Assembly (NCBI RefSeq): GCF_000012925.1
Contig: NC_007517.1
Span: 660,001 to 692,000 of the forward strand
Source of the DNA: Geobacter metallireducens GS-15
GTDB taxonomy: Bacteria; Desulfobacterota; Desulfuromonadia; Geobacterales; Geobacteraceae
Direction of reading: 5' to 3'
DNA: 32,000 bases
The position numbers and the translations under genes are program-made. Position 1 is the stretch's first letter. Every line of letters begins with the position of its first letter. The notes beneath the pieces are model-generated. The model was not told the DNA's origin. It saw nothing but the letters and a program-made list of their open reading frames with translations, and did not search any database. Below are positions 1-5,612 of this stretch, in pieces.

Positions 1-592
1 GATACGGTACAAGGGTGTGCGGATTTTCCAGGGGAAGTCCTACGGCAGGGCATTTTTCGTGAAGTTCACGGGACAGGACGGCCAGGAGCACGGCGAGGTT
101 TTCTCCCTCGACCAGCCAACTGACCGAAATACTGCCTCATACAAGGATTTTGTCCTCCCCTGGCTGCCGAGCGCACTCAAAACCAAATATTACGGGGATG
201 CCGACCGGCGTTCCCTTGACGGGAGCAACCCCCTCTTCGTGATGCGCCTCATGGAGGGCGGAAAGGCTGTCGCGGAGCTTCCCCTGAAGGTGGGGGAGAC
301 GGGGCGCTTGGGCGGCTACACGGCCCAGTTGGTCAAGGTGGAGCGCTGGGGGGGGTTGATTTTTATCGACACCACGGGCATGGCGGGAATTTTCCTCGGA
401 TTCTTCATCGTCTGCCTGGGCGGGTCGCTGAGCTATTTCTGCCCCCCCCGGGAGTGCTCCCTTTCTCCCTCAGGGGAAGGGTGCCGGCTCTCCTGGCGGG
501 CAACGCGCTTTGAACGGCTCTACCGCGACGAGTTTGACTATCTCCGCCGGCTGGCGGGGTTGCCCGTTGCGACGGATGAGCGGAATGTTTGA
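1..592 (+). CDS. ResB/Ccs1-like cytochrome c biogenesis (System II) protein, C-terminal fragment; the 5' end lies upstream of the window
   Basis: Frame 2 is open from nt 2, so the listed GTG at 17 is internal. The C-terminal pattern LGGYTAQLVKVERWGGLIFIDTTGMAGIFLGFFIVCLGG (last hydrophobic helix) resembles ResB C-termini from memory. A CcsA/ResC-type gene follows at 1194. Confidence 0.55.
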   Translation, partial: IRYKGVRIFQGKSYGRAFFVKFTGQDGQEHGEVFSLDQPTDRNTASYKDFVLPWLPSALKTKYYGDADRRSLDGSNPLFVMRLMEGGKAVAELPLKVGETGRLGGYTAQLVKVERWGGLIFIDTTGMAGIFLGFFIVCLGGSLSYFCPPRECSLSPSGEGCRLSWRATRFERLYRDEFDYLRRLAGLPVATDERNV

Positions 593-620
593 CTATCTAT
601 TTCATGGGGAGTTGCATGAC

Positions 621-1139
621 ATGATCAAAAAGAGTATTGCCTTGCTTTTGCTGGCCGTTGCGACGGCTTCCTGCAGCAGCGTCGATACGCGGGAAGCGGA
701 GCAGGTGCGGGAGACGGTGAAACGCTACAACACCCAATTGGCCCAGGGGTACGCGACCATGAACATGGGTGGGCTGGCCCGGGTGGCCGAGGAGCCCCAG
801 ACTGCCAAGGTCTACTTCCACATGGCGGCCCTGGGCGAGGGGCGGATCAGGATGATGTCGGAGCTCAAGGACATATCCTTCAAGGATATCCGTTTCGCCG
901 CCGCCACCTCCGCCTCGGTGAAGACCCGGGAGGTCTGGGATTTCCGGCATGTGAACATCGATACCGGGAAAGTGGAGCGGGACGAGAAGGGGTTTGTCTA
1001 CCGGACGAACTACCATCTCGCCAAGAAGAACGGCGCCTGGTGGGTCAGGGATGTTGCCGCGGAGGGCGAGAAGGGGAAAGGCGCCGACACGAAGGCTTCC
1101 CCGGCCGCGCCGGCTTCCGGGAAGGCTTCCGTGCGGTAG
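621..1139 (+). CDS. Hypothetical lipoprotein (about 172 aa) inserted between the ResB-like and CcsA-like genes
   Basis: The ATG at 621 is in frame with listed ORF 510..1139. The N-terminus MIKKSIALLLLAVATASCSS looks like a signal peptide with a lipobox-like TASC. The C-terminus is a low-complexity Lys/Ala/Pro/Gly tail. I recognise no family. Confidence 0.6.
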   Translation: MIKKSIALLLLAVATASCSSVDTREAEQVRETVKRYNTQLAQGYATMNMGGLARVAEEPQTAKVYFHMAALGEGRIRMMSELKDISFKDIRFAAATSASVKTREVWDFRHVNIDTGKVERDEKGFVYRTNYHLAKKNGAWWVRDVAAEGEKGKGADTKASPAAPASGKASVR

Positions 1140-1193
1140 GCGCCGGTTGACCCGGGGGCGGTACGAATCAACCGGCGATTTTTTCAGAGAGGT

Positions 1194-2030
1194 ATGCGTT
1201 TCATGGAAAGCTCTTTTTCGTCAATAACCATCATCCATTGGGCGGCAGTGGTCATCTACGTGCTCGCCACCATCTTCAACGTGGCAGGTCTCATCTTCCG
1301 CAAGGAACGCGCCACGGGGATCAGCTATCTCCTGGTGGGGGCGGGGCTTCTGGTGCACGGCATCGGCATCCTCTGGTGGTGGAAGATTGTCGGGCACGGC
1401 CCGTACATCGGCCGGTTCGAGGTCCTCTCTTCCCAGGCATGGATGGGGCTTTTCCTCTTCATGGTCTTTGCCCACTTCCTGCCGAAGATAAGGCCGGCGA
1501 GCATCCTGGTGTTTCCGGCCGCCTTCCTGATGATCGCCGTCGGCATCTTCTTCGAGCCCCAGGTGAAGATGCTGCCGCCGACGCTGCGCAGTGTCTGGCT
1601 CATCCTCCACGTGACCTTCTACAAGATTTCGGTCTGCACGCTCCTGGTGGCCCTGGCCTTTTCCATCTTCTTCATCCTGCGCAAGCGCACCGGCATCCAG
1701 TGGCTTACCCGCCTCCCCGACATGGAGACCATGGATATTCTCGCCTTCCGCTTCGCCGGCTTCAGCTTCACCTTTTGGGCCATCGCCATGCTGGCGGGGA
1801 GCATCTGGGCCTATGAATCGTGGGGGCGCTTCTGGGGGTGGGACCCCATCGAGACCTGGTCGCTCATTACCTGGGTGGCCTTCGGTATCTACCTGCACCT
1901 GCGGCGCTTCTTCGGGCTGAAGGGGGAAGCGGCGGCTTACCTCTACATCCTCTGCTTCCTGCTGTCGGTCCTCTCCCTCTTCTTTACGCCGCTGATCGGT
2001 GGCTCGGTCCATTCTGAGTACTTTAAATGA
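1194..2030 (+). CDS. ccsA: CcsA/ResC-type cytochrome c assembly (heme-handling) membrane protein
   Basis: 278-aa polytopic membrane protein carrying the Trp-rich WWD-type signature WGRFWGWDPIETWS, with conserved His residues nearby. The start could instead be the ATG at 1203. Confidence 0.8.
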   Translation: MRFMESSFSSITIIHWAAVVIYVLATIFNVAGLIFRKERATGISYLLVGAGLLVHGIGILWWWKIVGHGPYIGRFEVLSSQAWMGLFLFMVFAHFLPKIRPASILVFPAAFLMIAVGIFFEPQVKMLPPTLRSVWLILHVTFYKISVCTLLVALAFSIFFILRKRTGIQWLTRLPDMETMDILAFRFAGFSFTFWAIAMLAGSIWAYESWGRFWGWDPIETWSLITWVAFGIYLHLRRFFGLKGEAAAYLYILCFLLSVLSLFFTPLIGGSVHSEYFK

Positions 2031-2072
2031 TCCCGGCCCATGGCCGCTTTGCCTTGTACCTGGAGAGAACCA

Positions 2073-3320
2073 ATGAGTGATGACCGCCGGCGGGAGCTTT
2101 TCGAGACGATTCGTGACTACATCACCGACTCCCGCGGGGAGGACCGGTTCGAGTCGCTGGCGCTGGAGGTGTTCCGCTTCCAGTACGGGGCCAACGAGGC
2201 GTACCGTGCCTACTGCGACGGCAAGGGAATCAACCCTGCCGGGATTGGCCGCTGGGAGGATATCCCCGCCTATCCGTCGGACGCCTTCAAGAAGAACCTG
2301 GTCATTTCCTTCCCCTACGAGAAGACCGTCATGGCCAACATCACGGGGGGAACCACCGACCCTGACCTGCGCGGCATAATCTTTCGGGACGAGTATGGCC
2401 GCGAACTGGTGCTGGCGGCCAACCGCAAGGTGATGGGAGATTACGTCTTTCCCGAGGGGGAGCGGATGCCGATCCTGGTCCTTGCTCCGTCGCCGGAGAC
2501 GGCCCCGTCCATGGGAATGGCCATCGGCATGGCCGAGACAATACGTTCCTTCGGCACCGACCAGAGCGGCTTTTTCATCACGCGGCGGGGGTTCCTCATC
2601 CGGGAGTTCATGGACCGGCTCCGGGAACTGGTGGTGGCGGACAGGCCCGTGGCGCTCATCGGCTCCACCTCCGCCTTCATCTATTTCTTTAATGCCTGCC
2701 GGAAAAACGGCCTCCGCTTCGCGCTCCCGGCCGGGAGCCGCATTGTGGACGGCGGCGGGTACCGGGGTCGTTTCGGGGACTGCGGCCGCGATGAGTACTA
2801 CGAGCGGTGCCGCGACACCTTCGGCGTGGACCCCGCCTACTGTCTCAACGTCCTCGGCATGGCCGAGAGCGCCACGAACAGCGCCGATTCCAGCCTGAAA
2901 GACCTCCGCACGGGCCTCGACCGGGAGCGGATCAAGCCGGATCTTCCCTGGTGCCGCGTCGTGGCCATGGATATCGAGACCTGCTCGCGGGTGCTGCCGC
3001 CGGGGGAGGTGGGGCTCCTTCGCCACTACGATCTGGCGAACCTGCCGACGGTCCTCGGCGTGCAGACCGACAACCTGGGCTTCCGAACGGAAGACGGCTT
3101 CGAGATCATTGGCCGGGCCCAGGTGGTGGACGGCAAGGTGTCGCCGATGCCCTCGGAGAAGCCGGTGGGACCCATGGGGGAGAAAAAGATATTCTCCTTC
3201 CTCGATCTCTACATGAAATTCTCCATCGGCCGGTACGTGGCGAAGATCAAGAAGGATGATCCCCTCTGCCCCTGCGGCGAGGCCATCGAGGAGATGATCG
3301 TGCGGGAGGGGAATGAGTAG
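2073..3320 (+). CDS. LuxE-like acyl-protein synthetase / adenylate-forming enzyme family protein with a divergent nucleotide motif
   Basis: The N-terminal pattern FRFQYGANEAYRAYC...WEDIPAYPSDAFKK followed by a P-loop-like ITGGTTD matches my memory of the LuxE family layout (F.Q...N..Y...IP.LP...FK...SSGTTG). The SSGTTG motif is degenerate here. The ATG at 2073 has the RBS GGAGAG upstream; the listed ORF starts at 2040. Confidence 0.45.
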   Translation: MSDDRRRELFETIRDYITDSRGEDRFESLALEVFRFQYGANEAYRAYCDGKGINPAGIGRWEDIPAYPSDAFKKNLVISFPYEKTVMANITGGTTDPDLRGIIFRDEYGRELVLAANRKVMGDYVFPEGERMPILVLAPSPETAPSMGMAIGMAETIRSFGTDQSGFFITRRGFLIREFMDRLRELVVADRPVALIGSTSAFIYFFNACRKNGLRFALPAGSRIVDGGGYRGRFGDCGRDEYYERCRDTFGVDPAYCLNVLGMAESATNSADSSLKDLRTGLDRERIKPDLPWCRVVAMDIETCSRVLPPGEVGLLRHYDLANLPTVLGVQTDNLGFRTEDGFEIIGRAQVVDGKVSPMPSEKPVGPMGEKKIFSFLDLYMKFSIGRYVAKIKKDDPLCPCGEAIEEMIVREGNE

Positions 3321-3681
3321 AATGAAAAACAACATCCGTAGCATCGCCGTCATCCTGAACGGTTTTGTCCATGACTTCGCCGCCGGGATCTGGCTTGCCG
3401 CCATTGCCTCCATAGCCCTCATCCACCGGATGCATCAGCTCCGGTCGCCGGAAGTCGTCGCCATACTGAACCGGTTGGAGCATATTTTTTTCTGGACGAG
3501 CGTCGTTTCCATGGTTTTTATCATGGCCACCGGCGCCGGACGGACCTTTACCTACGTCGACAACTGGTACGGCGCCGACGCTGAGCGGGTTCGCCGCCGG
3601 ATGCTCATTATCAAGCATGTGGTTCTCCTTTCGGCTTTCGGCGCCGGCTATCTGTTCGTTTACCCGCTGGTGTTTCACTGA
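3313..3681 (+). CDS. Small hypothetical integral membrane protein (122 aa, about 3-4 hydrophobic helices)
   Basis: Its ATG overlaps the stop of the upstream gene (ATGAGTAG, 8-nt overlap), which suggests translational coupling. It contains hydrophobic segments such as FAAGIWLAAIASIALI, IFFWTSVVSMVFIMATGA and VVLLSAFGAGYLFVYPLVF. No family recognised. Confidence 0.55.
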   Translation: MSRMKNNIRSIAVILNGFVHDFAAGIWLAAIASIALIHRMHQLRSPEVVAILNRLEHIFFWTSVVSMVFIMATGAGRTFTYVDNWYGADAERVRRRMLIIKHVVLLSAFGAGYLFVYPLVFH

Positions 3682-3834
3682 CGGACATTGTACCTCCCAC
3701 CGGTTCTTCTCCATCCCCACTGTTCCGTCATAAGCCGGAGCGTTCCGCCAACTCGCGGTGTCCTCCGGTGCCACTCAAGTTAAAAAACTTGCGTTTTATA
3801 AGCAGAATGTGCATAAGCTAATGCTCTTTGGGGG

Positions 3835-3850
3835 CGGCCCGATTTTTGCT
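3835..3850 (+). promoter_or_regulatory. Candidate sigma54 (-24/-12) promoter upstream of the radical SAM gene
   Basis: CGGCCCGATTTTTGCT compared with the consensus TGGCACG-N4-TTGCW. GG sits at 3836-3837 and GC at 3848-3849, which is the correct spacing. 10 of 12 specified positions match. It lies about 40 nt upstream of the ATG at 3892. Confidence 0.4.
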
Positions 3851-3891
3851 TTTTGTCTGGCTCAGTTCCCAACCTCGTCGAGGAGAAGTGA

Positions 3892-5397
3892 ATGAAAATC
3901 AAGAGAATAGCCCTCATTACCCCCCCCTACCACGCGGGCGTTGTGGAGTCGGCCGGCACCTGGCTCAATGTCGGTTTTGTCTACATCGCCGGGGCACTCA
4001 GAGCGGCGGGGTACGAGGTGGATTACTACGATGCCATGTCTCTGTGGCACAAGTGGCCCGACATCCAGAAGCGGATCGAGGCGTTCCGCCCCGATATGGT
4101 TGCCACGACCGCCTATACCGCCTCCATTGTCGAAGCGGTGAAACTGCTCCGGTTCGCCAAGTCCATCAACCCCCGCATCGTGACGGCGCTCGGCAACGTC
4201 CACGCGGCCTTCTGTTACGACGAGGTTCTTACCCACGACCACGACGCCGTGGACTACATCGTCAGGGGGGAGGGGGAGGAGACGCTCCCCATGCTCTGCC
4301 ACTGCCTCAATGCCGGCGATGACCCGAAGAAGGTTCTCGGAATCGCCTACTGGCGCGACGGCGGGGTGGTGGTTACCCCCAAGGCCCCGTACATTCATGA
4401 CCTGGACAATCTTCCCACAGCCTGGGATCTGGTGGAGTGGCCCATCTATACCTACCGGGCCAAGAAGAACGCCCGGCTGGCCATCGTCTCCTCTTCCCGC
4501 GGCTGCAAATCCCAGTGTTCCTTCTGTTCCCAGCAGCTCTTCTGGGCCCAGTCATGGCGCGCCCGGAGCGCCGAGAACTTCGTGGCCGAGCTGGAGATGC
4601 TCCACAACGTCCACGGTGTCCAGGTGGCCATGCTCTCCGACGAGCTTCCCACCTTCGACCGGGAGCGGTGGGTCCGGATCCTGGATCTCATGGTGGAACG
4701 GGAAGTGCCGGTGAAGCTTCTCATGGAGACCCGGGTGGACGACATTCTGCGGGACGCCGATATCATGGACAAGTACCGGGAAGGTGGCGTTGAGCACATC
4801 TATGTGGGGGTCGAGGCGGGAAGCCAGGAAACCCTCGACCTCTTCAAGAAGGATACGGAAGTTGCCCAGTCCAAGCAGGCCATCGACCTGATTAATGGGG
4901 CCGACATCGTTTCGGAAACCTCTTTCGTCCTCGGCATGCCCGACGACACCCCTGAATCCATTGAGCAGACCATCGAGCTCGCCAAGCACTACAACCCTGA
5001 CATGGCGTTCTTTCTTGCCATCGCCCCCTGGCCCTATGCCGAGCTCTACCCCGAGCTCGAGCCCTACGTGGCCACCAAGGATTACCGCAAATACAACCTG
5101 GTGGAGCCGGTCATCAAGCCCAAAAACATGACCATGGAAGAACTGGAGCGCCAGTTGGGGAAAGCATCCCAGAAGTTCTTCATGCACAAGTTCCAGAACC
5201 TGGACAAGCTCTCCCCCTGGAAGCAGGAGTTCATGCTGTCGGTCCTCGATCTCCTCATTAACCACTCCTATCTGGCCGGCCAGATGAAGGCGATGCTCAA
5301 GGAGGGGAAGGAGATGCCCGCGGAGGTCAAGGCGCTCCTGAAAACGGTCAGCCAGCACAAGCATGTCCCCCACCAGACGATAGCGCCCATTCCATGA
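3892..5397 (+). CDS. B12-binding-domain radical SAM enzyme (class B rSAM, BchE/P-methylase-like)
   Basis: The N-terminal Rossmann-like region is IALITPPY...VGFVYIAGALRAAGYEVDYYD. The radical SAM cluster motif is SSSRGCKSQCSFCS (CX3CX2C). RBS GAGGAG lies upstream. Confidence 0.8.
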   Translation: MKIKRIALITPPYHAGVVESAGTWLNVGFVYIAGALRAAGYEVDYYDAMSLWHKWPDIQKRIEAFRPDMVATTAYTASIVEAVKLLRFAKSINPRIVTALGNVHAAFCYDEVLTHDHDAVDYIVRGEGEETLPMLCHCLNAGDDPKKVLGIAYWRDGGVVVTPKAPYIHDLDNLPTAWDLVEWPIYTYRAKKNARLAIVSSSRGCKSQCSFCSQQLFWAQSWRARSAENFVAELEMLHNVHGVQVAMLSDELPTFDRERWVRILDLMVEREVPVKLLMETRVDDILRDADIMDKYREGGVEHIYVGVEAGSQETLDLFKKDTEVAQSKQAIDLINGADIVSETSFVLGMPDDTPESIEQTIELAKHYNPDMAFFLAIAPWPYAELYPELEPYVATKDYRKYNLVEPVIKPKNMTMEELERQLGKASQKFFMHKFQNLDKLSPWKQEFMLSVLDLLINHSYLAGQMKAMLKEGKEMPAEVKALLKTVSQHKHVPHQTIAPIP

Positions 5398-5430
5398 GTT
5401 CTTTCCGTTTCACTGTACCGAACCGAACTC

Positions 5431-5446
5431 TGGCATGTGGAATGCT
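5431..5446 (+). promoter_or_regulatory. Candidate sigma54 (-24/-12) promoter upstream of cytochrome cassette copy 1
   Basis: TGGCATGTGGAATGCT compared with TGGCACG-N4-TTGCW. GG and GC are correctly spaced and 10 of 12 specified positions match. It would give a 5' UTR of about 160 nt. Confidence 0.45.
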
Positions 5447-5612
5447 AAATAGGTATTCAGTTGCAGCAAAATGTTTGAAATCAGTATGGGATGTTTAGAG
5501 GTATGCCGTCAAAGCACGGCGCGACCCCGTTATTAGGCGTCGTTTCCCCTCGGAGTGTCAACCACCAGTATTGGTTTTCAGATAAACAGTCCATTAAAGG
5601 AGGAGAAAGGGA

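Noticed and set aside
510-620. N-terminal extensions proposed by the ORF track (510 for the lipoprotein, 2040, 8052, 12902, 16216, 18043, 27252)
   Set aside because: In each case an internal ATG is better supported. It either has a better-placed Shine-Dalgarno sequence, gives a canonical N-terminus (signal peptide, or the conserved LeuB, TruA, ArgC or RpoB starts), or matches the paralog's start. The extensions overlap upstream genes or terminators.
5458-5612. Possible cyclic-dinucleotide (GEMM-I / cGAMP) riboswitch in the long 5' UTR of cytochrome cassette 1, since such riboswitches precede many Geobacter cytochrome genes
   Set aside because: I looked for the conserved GGCAAACC...GAAA...GACGCAAAGCC core and the paired helices. 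Only loose fragments are present (GCAAAA, GAAA, CGTCAAAGCAC) and the flanking stems do not pair. An Infernal scan would settle it, but by eye it does not match.
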